DNA from: Macrostomum lignano
Taxonomy: Eukaryota
Length of the DNA stretch: 64,000 nt
Assembly: GCA_002269645.1 (NCBI GenBank)
Contig: NIVC01000012.1
Span: forward strand, 248,001 to 312,000
Direction of reading: 5' to 3'
Shown: positions 48,765 through 60,417 of the stretch, piece by piece
Numbering within the stretch: position 1 is the stretch's first letter
How the letters are laid out: each line of letters opens with the position of its first letter
Position numbers and translations under genes: made by a program
The notes under the pieces: model-generated
Seen by the model: only the letters and a program-made list of their open reading frames with translations
The model's database searches: none
What the model was told of the DNA's origin: nothing

Positions 48765-49400
48765 CACTGAGTACTCTACTGAGTATTCTACAGAGTACTC
48801 TACTGAGTATTCTACTGAGTACTCTACTGAGTATTCTACTGAGTACTCTACTGAGTATTCTACTAAGTACTCTACTAAGTACTCTACTGAGTACTCTACT
48901 GAGTATTCTACTGAGTACTCTACTGAGTATTCTACAGAGTACTCTACTGAGTATTCTACAGAGTACTCTACTGAGTATTCTACTGAGTACTCTACTGAGT
49001 ATTCTACTAAGTACTCTACTGAGTACTCTACTGAGTACTCTACTGAGTATTCTACTGAGTACTCTACTGAGTATTCTACTGAGTATTCTACTGAGTACTC
49101 TACTGAGTATTCTACTGAGTACTCTACTGAGTATTCTACTGAGTACTCTACTGAGTATTCTACTGAGTACTCTACTGAGTATTCTACTGAGTACTCTACT
49201 GAGTATTCTACTGAGTATTCTACTGAGTATTCTACTGAGTATTCTACTGAGTATTCTACTGAGTATTCTACTGAGTACTCTACTGAGTATTCTACTGAGT
49301 ACTCTACTGAGTATTCTACTGAGTATACCATTGATTAATCTACTCACTAATCTACTAAGTATTTTATTGAGTACTTTACTGAATACTCTACCGAGGCAAT
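48765..49400. repeat. 12-bp minisatellite (TACTGAGTA[C/T]TC)
   Basis: Direct reading; source of the STEY ORF. Confidence 0.96.
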
Positions 49401-49959
49401 CAGTAAAGTACTAACCGGGACCGGTTCTACTTAACTTACTTAACTTATACCAATGGTTTTTTCTTAGACAATCTTTAATTCAGTCAGTGAGTCTCTCAGA
49501 TATATGATTACGAGTAGAATATAAAAATGACAATATACTATATGGCTCTATCTCTATTGATAATAATTAATGATATAATATTTAGACGAACTTATTAAAA
49601 GGTTATTTTTGTATAAGAGACAAGACAACATAAAAAGGAAGATAATTTTAACCAGATTGGCACTATATATTTTACAATTACTATATATTCATTTAGAAGC
49701 CTTCTAACAACACAAAAGATTAACAAATCATAAACATATTTCAACGACTAATTGTATGCTTAAGCATAAAGTAAATTAACAACGCAAGAAACAAGTTAAT
49801 ATGTTTGACTATTAAGTTAATCTAACATGAAATACAATAAAACAATTTTTCTGAAATAAAATTTTAACAAAATATACAGAATTTAATTCCACAAAATCTT
49901 TATTTCAAACAGATTTTAAACAGGTTTGGATTCAATAGTCTAGCAGGTGGAAGGCGCTC

Positions 49960-50885
49960 GTCAGGGTTAGCGCCAATCTAATTGGTGTCAGGGTTAGCGC
50001 CAATCTAATTGGTGTTAGTGTTAGCGCCAATCTAATTGGTGTCAGGGTTAGCGCCAATCTAATTGGTGTCAGGGTTAGCGCCAATCTAATTGGTGTCAGG
50101 GTTAGCGCCAATCTAATTGGTGTCAGGGTTAGCGCCAATCTAATTGGTGTCAGGGTTAGCGCCAATCTAATTGGTGTCAGGGTTAGCGCCAATCTAATTG
50201 GTGTCAGGGTTAGCGCCAATCTAATTGGTGTCAGGGTTAGCGCCAATCTAATTGGTGTCAGGGTTAGCGCCAATCTAATTGGTGTCAGGGTTAGCGCCAA
50301 TCTAATTGGTGTCAGGGTTAGCGCCAATCTAATTGGTGTCAGGGTTAGCGCCAATCTAATTGGTGTCAGGGTTAGCGCCAATCTAATTGGTGTCAGGGTT
50401 AGCGCCAATCTAATTGGTGTCAGGGTTAGCGCCAATCTAATTGGTGTCAGGGTTAGCGCCAATCTAATTGGTGTCAGGATTAGCGCCAATCTAATTGGTG
50501 TCAGGGCGCCAATCTAATTGGTGTCAGATGGAGCGCCAATCTAATTGATGTCAGGGTTAGCGCCAATCTAATTGATGTCAGGGTTAGCGCCAATCTAATT
50601 GATGTCAGGGCGCCAATCTAATTGGTGTCAGATGGAGCGCCAATCTAATTGATGTCAGGGTTAGCGCCAATCTAATTGATGTCAGGGCGCCAATCTAATT
50701 GGTTTCAGATGGAGCGCCAATCTAATTGGTGTTAGGGGTTAGCGCCAATCTAATTGGTGTCAAATGGAGCGCCAATCTAATTGGTGTCAGGGTTAGCGCC
50801 AATCTAATTGGTGTCAGATGGAGCGCCAATCTAATTGGTGTCAGATAGAGCGCCAATCTAATTGGTGTCAGGTTTAGCGTCAAAC
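49960..50885. repeat. 27-bp minisatellite (GTCAGGGTTAGCGCCAATCTAATTGGT)
   Basis: About 19 identical units, then degenerate variants. Confidence 0.96.
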
Positions 50886-50964
50886 GGAAGGTGTCAGATG
50901 GGACCAAAACGTGTCAGGGAAGCGCCAAAATTGCAAATAGAAATGAAAACAAAAGCAAAATTAA

Positions 50965-51435
50965 TCACAACAAAATGCGATACTTCTCGCTTTTAGGCAC
51001 GTGACTAATCACTAGGCGACCATCGTAGCTCAAGGACGCGAATAGCCAAGGATCCGTTGCGCACCACACAGCGGCATAGACGCTATCCTCGTGTTCTTCA
51101 ACAACTGACACAGTGCGATCCTCGTCTAGCTCTGGCTGCTGCTGTCGTCTATCGTCGTCATCGTCATCATCGTCTAGATCGTCGTCTAGAGACAGTACCG
51201 GTTCGGACGAGATGCTACGATTATTAGTTAGATAAACTTTAGCGTCAGTACCGCCAGACAGTACCAATTGATCATGGTAGGGGTTGAATTGGACGCAACA
51301 GGCCCAGTGCTTGTGTAGGCGAAGCATCTTCACAGGATTGGATGGTTGTCGGGTGTCCCAGAATCTGATTGCACCATCATCTCCGGAGCTGGCTAAATAG
51401 TATTGCTTGTTCGGGTTGTAGTCCACGCACCGAGC
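50965..51435 (-). CDS. EIPR1: EIPR1/TSSC1 WD40 exon 3 (DYNPNKQYYLASSGDD...HEDSVYA..W...DPWLFASLSYDGRLVI.HVP..EKYRILL)
   Basis: cacaag|GCT acceptor, phase 0; diagnostic C-terminus. Confidence 0.95.
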   Translation of the reverse strand, partial: ARCVDYNPNKQYYLASSGDDGAIRFWDTRQPSNPVKMLRLHKHWACCVQFNPYHDQLVLSGGTDAKVYLTNNRSISSEPVLSLDDDLDDDDDDDDRRQQQPELDEDRTVSVVEEHEDSVYAAVWCATDPWLFASLSYDGRLVISHVPKSEKYRILL

Positions 51436-51469
51436 CTTGTGGTGGGTAGGTTTAGGCGCTTACTTAGCT

Positions 51470-52065
51470 GGGTTTCAGGGAGTGATTTAGGGTAGATTTT
51501 AGGGAGTGATTTAGGCTAGGTTTCTAGGGGGTGATTTAGGGTAGGTTTCTAGGGGTGATTTAGGGTAGGTTTTAGGGAGTGATTTAGGTTAGGTTTCTAG
51601 GGGTGATTTAGGGTAGGTTTTAGGGAGTGATTTAGGTTAGGTTTCTAGGGGTGATTTAGGGTAGGTTTTAGGGAGTGATTTAGGTTAGGTTTCTAGGGGT
51701 GATTTAGGGTAGGTTTCTAGGGGTGATTTAGGTTAGGTTTCTAGGGGTGATTTAGGGTAGGTTTCTAGGGGTGATTTAGGGTAGGTTTCTAGGGGTGATT
51801 TAGGGTAGGTTACTAGGGAGTGATTTAGGGTAGGTTACTAGGGAGTGATTTAGGGTAGGTTACTAGGGAGTGATTTAGGGTAGGTTTCTAGGGAGTGATT
51901 TAGGGTAGGTTTCTAGGGAGTGATTTAGGGTAGGTTTCTAGGGTTGATTTAGGGTAGGTTTCTAGAGGGTGATTTAGGGTAGGTTTCTAAGGGGTGATTT
52001 AGGGTAGGTTTCTAGAGGGTGATTTAGGGTAGGTTTCTAGGGGGTGATTTAGGGTAGGTTTCTGA
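51470..52065. repeat. 23-24-bp G-rich minisatellite containing TTTAGGG (GGGGTGATTTAGGGTAGGTTTCTA)
   Basis: About 25 units in EIPR1 intron 2. Confidence 0.93.
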
Positions 52066-52138
52066 GACGACCTATCATGAGTTTCAAAGATGGTTCTTGG
52101 GTAGGTTTAAAGGCCATTTCTAATGCCAATCTGTTTAC

Positions 52139-52613
52139 CTGTCCATTATGCGCGTTGTCAATGACAACAACCGGGCCGTCGCTAGGCGGGCAGCGAACAT
52201 CGAAGCCTCTTAATCCGCCAGAATCGCAGGCGGCGATCACCTGCTGAGCAGAATGATGAGGGTTCCAAGCCGCATGCCAGTACCGCAGTTGAGATCGACC
52301 GTCTTTAGCTGGCAGGTGAGCCAACAGACGGACCGCACCGCTGCCGAGGCCCAGCTGATACAGCCCGCCGTCAGATACCAGCACGGCTTCCGCTCTTTCC
52401 GGATGAAACGCTAAACAGCGCGGCTCACCCTGCTGCTCGAGTTCAATAGAACCAATCGATTGCAGAGATTCAACTGAGGACAATGAAGACGAGGTTAGAG
52501 CGTCCTCTGAGCTATTTCGATGCCGAGGCGTCTGGTTGTCTTCTTCTTCTGGCAGTTTCCATAGGCACCAGCGCTTAGCAACGCTTGGATTCGTGCCCGA
52601 GTCCATGGTTACC
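52139..52613 (-). CDS. EIPR1: EIPR1/TSSC1 exon 2 (LWKLPE...WNPHH...D.R...IDNAHNGQ)
   Basis: aatttag|G acceptor (phase 2) and CAG|GTAAAC donor; WNPHH motif. Confidence 0.9.
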
Positions 52614-52774
52614 CTAAATTAATGAAGTGGTAAATTTGAATAATTTATTATTAGTCACCTTTCTGTGAGCCTAAAATTAAACTTAATGACGCCTGATAAG
52701 TCTACGCAATGATGCCAATTAAATCTAATTGTCTAAATGACGCTAGGAAAATCTCAATTGCGTCATATTTAATA

Positions 52775-53135
52775 ACTTGAGTGAGTTCAAATGGCGCCAA
52801 ATGGATTCGAATGGCGCCAAATTGATTCGAATGGCGCCAAATAGATTCTAATGGCGCCAAATAGACTCTAATGACGCCAAATGGATTCGAATGGCGCCAA
52901 ATGGATCCGAAAATGGCGCCAAATGAAATATAATGACGCCAAATATATCTAAATGACGCCAAACGGATTCAAATGGCGCCAAACGGATTCGAATGGCGCC
53001 AAACGGATTCGAATGGCGCCAAATTGACCCTACTGGCGCCAAATGGATTCTAATGGCGCCAAATAGACTCTAATGGAACTAAATGGTTGGAAATAGCGCC
53101 AAATAGATACAAATAGTGCTAAATAGATTGAAACA
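52775..53135. repeat. 20-bp minisatellite (GGCGCCAAATGGATTCGAAT) in EIPR1 intron 1
   Basis: Direct reading. Confidence 0.9.
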
Positions 53136-53164
53136 GCACCAAAATTAAACAAAACCCTACTAAC

Positions 53165-53427
53165 CTGTTAAAAACAGTAGCACACAGATTGGGGTTATGC
53201 GGCGCCACAGACACAGACCAGATCTCATCTCGGCCATGATCAAATATTCTTTTGCTAACACTATTGGTGTCGGCATCAAATGTCAATAAATGCAGCTGAT
53301 TGTGCTCAACTCGAAGGCCTTGAGTGCCAATAATAAACTGCTGGCTGTCATCTAAGGCTGGCACTGAGCACAGGGCTCTGGCCTGGGTCTCTAGGCCATA
53401 GATTACTGGTGGATCATCAATGTCCAT
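53165..53427 (-). CDS. EIPR1: EIPR1/TSSC1 exon 1 (MDIDDPPVIYGLETQARAL...FIIGTQGLR..NQLH)
   Basis: Matches the TSSC1 N-terminus PVIYGLE.QARAL; AG|GTTAGT donor, phase 2. Confidence 0.93.
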
Positions 53428-54109
53428 CTTGATTTCTGATTTAATGATAGACACTGAAAACATTACAAGGGATACATTATAACAAAATTTGTTAATAACT
53501 TTATCATTTTTTTATCAGGCTATATCTAGAAACTGAATTATATCAAAAATTAAGCCTAACCTAGAACTATTATAAAAGCAATATTGGAAAACTTTCTAAT
53601 AGAGACAGATTCAATAAGTAATTTAGCAATTTAGCAACACCTAAGAGCCTTGACATCTTAATAACTCTTCTATGCGCTTTGATATCTATCTTCTTGTAAG
53701 CCCTAATATTGTGCAATTTCCCCAATAAGCCTTGAAATTTCAAAAAATTATTATGTAAATCATTGGCATCTCAGTAATTATCCCATGAGCACTTTATAGT
53801 TGACAAAGGAAATTTTTTATATTGTTGAATCCTAACCCTAATTTTATATAGCACTATGAGTAGGTTGTAGCATACATGCGCAACTGCTGGCCGACCTGGC
53901 CGATCCGGCCACCGTAAATCGTGGCTGACCAGAGGTAAGTCGCAAAATTGAGAAAACCAAAAACCAAAAACCAAAAACCAAAAACAGAAAAACACAAGAA
54001 CCAAGAAAGGCAAGAGGAAAGCGAAAGAAAGAGCAGTTCAGGGAAAATGGTGAAGCAAAAGAAAAGCAATTCGCAAAAGAAGCAAACTAAGTTGTAAAAA
54101 TAATCAGGT

Positions 54110-54660
54110 AAGTCGCAACAGGAATCAGGTAAGTCGCAAAAGGGTTAGGTAAGTCGCAAAAGGGTTAGGTAAGTCGCAAAAGGGTTAGGTAAGTCGCAAA
54201 AAGGATTAGGTAAGTCGCAAAAAGGATTAGGTAAGTCGCAAAAAGGATTAGGTAAGTCGCAAAAAGGATTAGGTAAATCGCAAAAAGGATTAGGTAAGTC
54301 CCAAAAAGGATTAGGTAAGTCGCAAAAAGGATTAGGTAAGTCCCAAAAAGGATTAGGTAAGTCGCAAAAGGATTAGGTAAGTCGCAAAAAGGATTAAGTA
54401 AGTCGCAAAAAGGATTAGGTAAGTTGCAAAAAGGATTAGGTAAGTCACAAAGGGTTAGGTAAGTCGCAAAAGGATTAAGTAAGTCGCAAAAAGGATTAAG
54501 TAAGTTGCAAAAAGGATTAAGTAAGTCGCAAAAAGGATTAAGTAAGTTGCAAAAAGGATTAGGTAAGTCGCAAAAGGGTTAGGTAAGTCGCAAAAGGATT
54601 AGGTAAGTCGCAAAAAGGATTAAGTAAGTCGCAAAAAGGATTAGGTAAGTCGCAAAAAGA
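54110..54660. repeat. 21-22-bp subterminal tandem array (GGATTAGGTAAGTCGCAAAAA) inside the TIR element
   Basis: About 25 units; the GTAAGTCGCA motif also occurs near both element ends. Confidence 0.93.
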
Positions 54661-54834
54661 AGCAACTAAGTCGCAATAAGAGGGAAGTAAGTCACAATCA
54701 GAGGCAATCAGGGGGTAGTAGGTGCAAGTGTGGCAAGAGAGCAAAAACAGAATAGAAGCCTTCAACCACAGACAAGATCTTTGAAATCAGAAGCCCGCGT
54801 CAACAGTTTCCCATTGATTTCTTAAACTCTGGAG

Positions 54835-55590
54835 CAGGGGTTGGCAAACTCTGGCTCGCGAAGCCCCTCTATCTGGCCCTCGCCCCTCGGGTTCTTTGAA
54901 ACTTCCTAACTACGAGTAGCAAGGTTGGTGTCTCTTCAACTCTCATCTCTCTCTTCTTCTCTACCTTGCCTCCCCTCTTCTCTCTCTCCCCCCTTTTCCC
55001 TCTTCTCTCTCCTCTCATTTTTACTCTCCTCTCTTCTCCCCCTTTCTCTCTACCCTTTCTCCTCAATGCCCTCTTCTCTCCTCTTATCTTCAGCAAAAAT
55101 ATGTGCATATTTTCTTACTTCAAAGTAGAGGGAATAGAAGATTAGAGATAAGCAAACAGAGGAGAGGCGAGCGATGCGATGGGAGAAAAGATAGAAGAGG
55201 AGAGAAAAGCTGAGGGAGGAAAAAGAGATGAGAGAGAAGAGGAGATGAGAGGAAAGAGGAAAGAAAAGATGATGGATGAGATCAGAAGAGAGGAAAGAGG
55301 AAAGAGGAGAGAGTAGATGAGAGAAGAGAGGATAAAGAGGAGATGAGAGGAGAGTGAAGAGAGGAGAGATGAGAGAGTAGAAAAGAGAGGAGAGATAATG
55401 AGAGAGTAGAGTGGAGAGAGACGAGAGGGAAGATAAGATGAGAGAGTAGAGTGGAATGGAGAGAGACGAGAGGAGAGATAAGAATGTAGAGAGGAGACAG
55501 AAGAGATAGGAGAGGAGAGGAAAGAGAGAAGGGATAAGGGATGAGAGAGAAAAGAAAAAGAGGATGAGAAGATTGAGGAATGGAGAGAAT
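54835..55590. repeat. hAT-like left end (CAGGGGTTGGCAAAC) followed by CT-rich then GA-rich tracts, nested in the TIR element
   Basis: Preceded by CTCTGGAG; pyrimidine tract ~54930-55100, purine tract ~55130-55590. Confidence 0.7.
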
Positions 55591-58426
55591 TTGCAAAGGC
55601 CTCAAATCTTAGTTTAACATGCATTACTCCCATCTTTGCCTTTTTCCTAACTGTTAACAAGTTTTTGTTTGAGCATGACTTCAAATTTAGAATCTATGCA
55701 AAAATAGTTCCGGGAATTAGAATTCAGTGGTTTAAAAATCTGTGGGTTTTCACAGCTTGTATCTCTACTGGATTTGTATTCTGCATCTGATGAGCCATCT
55801 GAATCAGGGCTCTCATCTTCCATGCCAAATCGTTCTTGAGCTATAGGTCACACTGTATTCACTTCACTTACTTCTGGACATTCATGAATCATGACTTTTG
55901 TAGTATGCTCACTACACTGTACTGACAATTTACTAATTGCTTCATGCCGCCACTAGATGACATACTGATTAGCTGTTATAAAAACGCGGAATCTGCACGC
56001 AGCACTAATTAGCTGGCGAGGCATTTAGCTTTAAAAAAATAGTCATAGTTACTCCTGCCGTTTACCTAAAGTTTTTGCTTAACTCTTTCATAGGTAAGTC
56101 GCATTTTTTATCGAAAACTAAGTCGCACGGCCAGCGTAATTTCAGAAGTTGCGCATGTATGGGTTGTAGCATCTTAATGATTCATTTTGCTATTACAGTA
56201 TTAGCCTTGAGCTTTAGCATTTTAGCAACTCCCTAATGAGCCTCAATTCCACAATAAGCATTGACATATTAGCAGGTTCTTTTAAAAGCCAAAGCATTTT
56301 AGAAATTACCCAATAAGCCTTGACATCCTTGTAATTCTTTCCAAGAGCCATTGCATTTTACTAATTTCCCTAATAGCTTTAAGATTGCACTAAGTCCCCC
56401 TTGTTATCAATTTAAAAACTAAGCAAAAATTTACTTATATGCCTAAAATTTTTAGAAATTCCCTAGAATTAATAACCATGGCTATGAGCTTTAGTATCTT
56501 TGCAATTCTTCACAAATTCTTCACAATTCTTTAGCATCTTTGCAATTCTTCACAAATTCTTCAGCATCTTTGCAATTCTTCACAAATTCTTCACAATTCT
56601 TTAGCATCTTTGCAAGGCTTTTTATGGTTTTATTAGAAAAAAGGGGATTGCATGCACATGCTAGATAGACAACAAAATAAATTGGCATGCACATACTTGG
56701 ATATACTTGGACATGTTTAAAATTCCTCAAATAAGAAATTGTCAAATTCAAAGTGCACATTAGCTCCATCTTTACCATTCAAATACCAAATAAACTAAAT
56801 AAACTAAACATTGAAAATATATTCTTATGACCCTATGCAACTAATCAACTATATGCCTGGGATCAAGGTTGGTTGATGATTTTGTTGCTTACTACATTTT
56901 TTCTATTGCCTTTTTTGTTTTACTAATATTAATGGAAAGTCATTTTGTTCACCAATTTGGTAATTTTATCTCCTATTATAGCCAACAGACATTATTACAA
57001 TTTTAATTGCAGATTGGAAATAAGGTAAAGTAATGCGCTTAAAAATGGCACATTTGTGCAGTAGTTGGCATTGTGTATAGCAATTGTGCAATGCATAGGA
57101 TGGTAGCATAGCACATAGCAATGGTATAGGGCAAGCAGTATTCCTACTCAGCAATCTTCATTTTTTTCATGCCAAGCCATTCTTTTTTGTGCCATGGATT
57201 TTTTTTCGTGCCATTATCACTCTTTATCTCTAAGGCTTTAATGCAGTGTGATGCCCATTGAAATATAAAAAACTCTAATACTTAACACCTAAGGATCTCA
57301 ATCATAAATCATTCAATTTTGGATAAGATAAAACACTACAACTTGGCAAAAATGGGTCAAAAAAATGGCAACAACAGCATGAGCATCAGACTATTAATTT
57401 CTCTAAATCAATACTGCAATTATAAAACATAATAGTTTCTTTCCGACACCATCAAGGTTGGCTTTGTTATTCTATTGGTACATAAAAAGTGGTCTATTTG
57501 TTACAAACAAGGCCTAATGTGAAAAGCATACAAAAAGCATCCAAAAACACAGAAAAAGGGTTACAATTTAGGTGTGAATTTTCCATATTTTCAGATTTGT
57601 ACCAAATCTTATTAATTAGGTATTTGCACCATATTGCTTTATTTTCTGGCATGGCACGAATTTGTAGCACCAAAGTGGGAACACTGAGGGCAAGGGCACA
57701 AAAAACAGGATACATACAAAGATAGAAGTCCCTATTAGAAAAAGTGAAATCTTCATAGATAGCTATATAGCATGCTTTGAAAAGTGTTGGCACACTTATG
57801 CATCAGAGAGGCTAATGGGTAGCATGCTAGAAGGGCTGAGAAAGCAGCATGCCAAAAGGGCTAGCACACTAGAAGGATAACACACACTTAAAAGATAGCA
57901 TGCAGAAGTGATAATATGCTGAAGAATAGTTCATTCGTGCTATCCCTCTGGCTATGCCAGATTTTTTAAGGCTTTTATTATTTACACAATATTAAAAAGC
58001 TACTAATTAGTTAGTTTTAGCTTGAAAATACTTTAATAATAGCTGCACGTCAAGATAAAGAGGCATACAAAGCTTTACTTTTTTTACAAATTTCTACTAA
58101 ATGAAAAATAGTAAATAGCTTATTAGCTAAATTAATAAAACTTATAAAATAATAAGGTAGACAGCTTAAGCAAGTTTCTTATAGTTTAGTTAATAAAACT
58201 AGACAAATAGCTTATATAAATTAACTAGGACTACTTATTATTAGGGCCTAGCTAACAAGGCAACTTAGTCATAGTTACTCTTGCTATTTACCTATTTGCT
58301 TCCTTGATGTCATATTTTGTACACAAAGTGTGTGACGCTTAATGCACTTTTATAGACTTTGAAAATTTATTCCAATATAAAGATAGATGTTCACTAATCT
58401 TTGATCTTGAGGACTTGTATTAGTAT

Positions 58427-58710
58427 CATACATGTGCAACTGCTAGCTGACCTGGCTGATCTGGCCATTGTAAATTGTGGTGGACCAGGGTTAAGTTGCA
58501 AAAATTCCCATCCAAAAGAATATAGACATTGTACTAATTAGATGATGAGGCATTTAGCCTAAATAGGACAGTCATAGTTACTCCTGCCATTTACCCAAAA
58601 TTGGGTTAATTTGGTTTAGGGTTAATCATTACATAGGTAAGTTGCATATTTGGTCAAAAAGTATGTTGCATGACTAGTGTAAATCAGGGGGGGGGGGTTG
58701 CACATGTATG
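58427..58710. mobile_element. 284-bp MITE of the CATACATGYGCAAC family, TSD ATTAGTAT
   Basis: Perfect TIR pair CATACATGTGCAAC / GTTGCACATGTATG; identical flanking 8-mers. Confidence 0.9.
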
Positions 58711-59079
58711 ATTAGTATGGTCTAATTTAAGAAAGACATCTAGCATAGTTTAGACCTTGGCTGCAATATGAATTTTATCTACTACAAAAGTTTATAGCCT
58801 ATAGCCCCACACTCTAGATCATGTAGTATGAGTATATGCCCAAAATTCAGGAGCACAAGAAATGCCCACAGACAAATTGCCCATAGGAGATTTGCCCTAA
58901 TAATCTCTTTATGGGCAATTTTGCCTGCTGAGGATTTGCCTACTGAGCTTGTCCTGCCAAGATTTGCCTGCAGTGCATTTTGTCCATGAGCAAATTGCCC
59001 ATGGAGATTTGCCCAACTGAGAATTCCCTACTAAGATCTGCCTGCAAAGCATTTTGCCCGTAAGTGAATGGCTTGCAAG

Positions 59080-59377
59080 CATACATGTGCAACCTCCAAA
59101 ATTCGGTCAGCCATGCGACTTAGTTTTAACAAAAATGCGACGTAGTTTTTGGCCAAAAATGCGACTTACATTTAAAAAAACCCGAAAGCAAAATTAACGC
59201 AACTTTGGGTAAACGGCAGGAGTAACTATAACTGTTTTATTAAGCTAAAATGCCTCGTCAGCTACTTAGTACTACTCTTCAGGTTATTTTTTGGGTGGGC
59301 ATTTTTGCGACTTCCTTGATTGGCCGCCAAATCGGTCGGCCGGATCGGCCGACTCGGCCGACTGTTGCGCATGTATG
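59080..59377. mobile_element. 298-bp MITE of the same family in opposite orientation, TSD CTTGCAAG
   Basis: TIRs differ at 1 position; identical flanking 8-mers; subterminal blocks homologous to 53871 and 56040-56161. Confidence 0.9.
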
Positions 59378-60095
59378 CTTGCAAGCGAGTTGCCCATCGA
59401 GTTTTTCCTGCCAAGGTTTGCCTGCAAAGATTTTTTCCTGTACCACATTTATAGCCACATGGCAGATTTTGTCTGCATTGCCTCTCCAATGCTTTATAAG
59501 TCTAAATAAAGAGATAATCCCAATCAAATGTTTTGATAGTAACTGCATATCAAATGCATAATTTTTGGGAGGGGGCATTACAGACAGAATCTAGCTGTCA
59601 AATGCGCTGCAAGAAAAAAGCATTGCAGGCAAACCTTAGTAGGAAAAAACTTGGCAAGCAATTTATTCATGGGCAATTCACTAGTGGGCAAAATGCACTG
59701 CAGGCAAATCTTGGCAGGCAATTTGCTCATAGGCAAAATGCACTGTAGGCAAATCTTGGAAGGAAAAGCTTAGCAAGCAAATCTTGACAGGCAAATCTCT
59801 TGCAAGCAAATCTTGGTGGGCAATTCTCATGGATCCCAAAAATTTGGGCATGCATTAGCTTTGCATGCCAAAAGTAGGCCTAGGCATACACAGTTGGTGT
59901 GCATTACTCCTAGGCCTAAGAAAATAATGTGCATGCAAACTTGGCATATACTTTATTGAATTGCATGGAAAAGTTAGTGTTAAGTAAAAAAACATGAAAA
60001 AAAGTTTATTTTTAAATGTAAATTTAAAGCTTTCCAGGTTTTTTAAGCTTATAATAAGGCATTTAAATAAATCTTTGCAAAGTATAAATTTTCTA

Positions 60096-60417
60096 TATAC
60101 ATGCCCAACACCTATCCAACCTGTCTAGACTAGACAGATGAGATGGCCATTGGCCAAGGTAAGTTGCAAAATCAAAAACGTGAAAAACAAAAAATTGGGA
60201 GAAAAAAGAAAGGAAAAGAAGAGAAAAGAAAAGAAAAGAGGGAGAAGAAAGAAAAGGGAAAGAGAAGAGAGAAAAGGAAAGAAAAGAAAAGAGAAAAAGA
60301 CAAGAAAAGTCATATAAAAAAGTGAAAATTAAGTCACAATTGGGAGAAACTAAGTCACAAATCTGGACAAAAGTAAGTTGCACTAGACAGGTAAAATTTT
60401 GAGGTTGGGCATGTATG
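60096..60417. mobile_element. Older ~320-bp copy of the same family
   Basis: TATACATGCCCAAC / GTTGGGCATGTATG; flanks ATTTTCTA vs ATTTTGAC (5/8 match). Confidence 0.65.

Larger units (their letters stand above)
53871..56161. mobile_element. 2.3-kb non-autonomous TIR element, perfect 14-bp TIR CATACATGCGCAAC, 8-bp TSD GGTTGTAG (P- or hAT-like)
   Basis: TIRs at 53871-53884 and 56148-56161; identical 8-mers at 53863-53870 and 56162-56169. No intact transposase seen. Confidence 0.9.

Noticed and set aside
48721-50489. (STEY)n, (SRIL)n and (LALTLTPIR)n ORFs
   Set aside because: The 12-bp and 27-bp units are multiples of 3 and open in several frames; they are intergenic arrays.
51470-52065. Interstitial telomere or chromosome-fusion scar
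   Set aside because: TTAGGG occurs once per 23-24-bp unit rather than as tandem hexamers, and the array is intronic.
55600-57800. Transposase or host-gene remnants in short ORFs
   Set aside because: Only short, stop-riddled frames with no recognisable catalytic motif.
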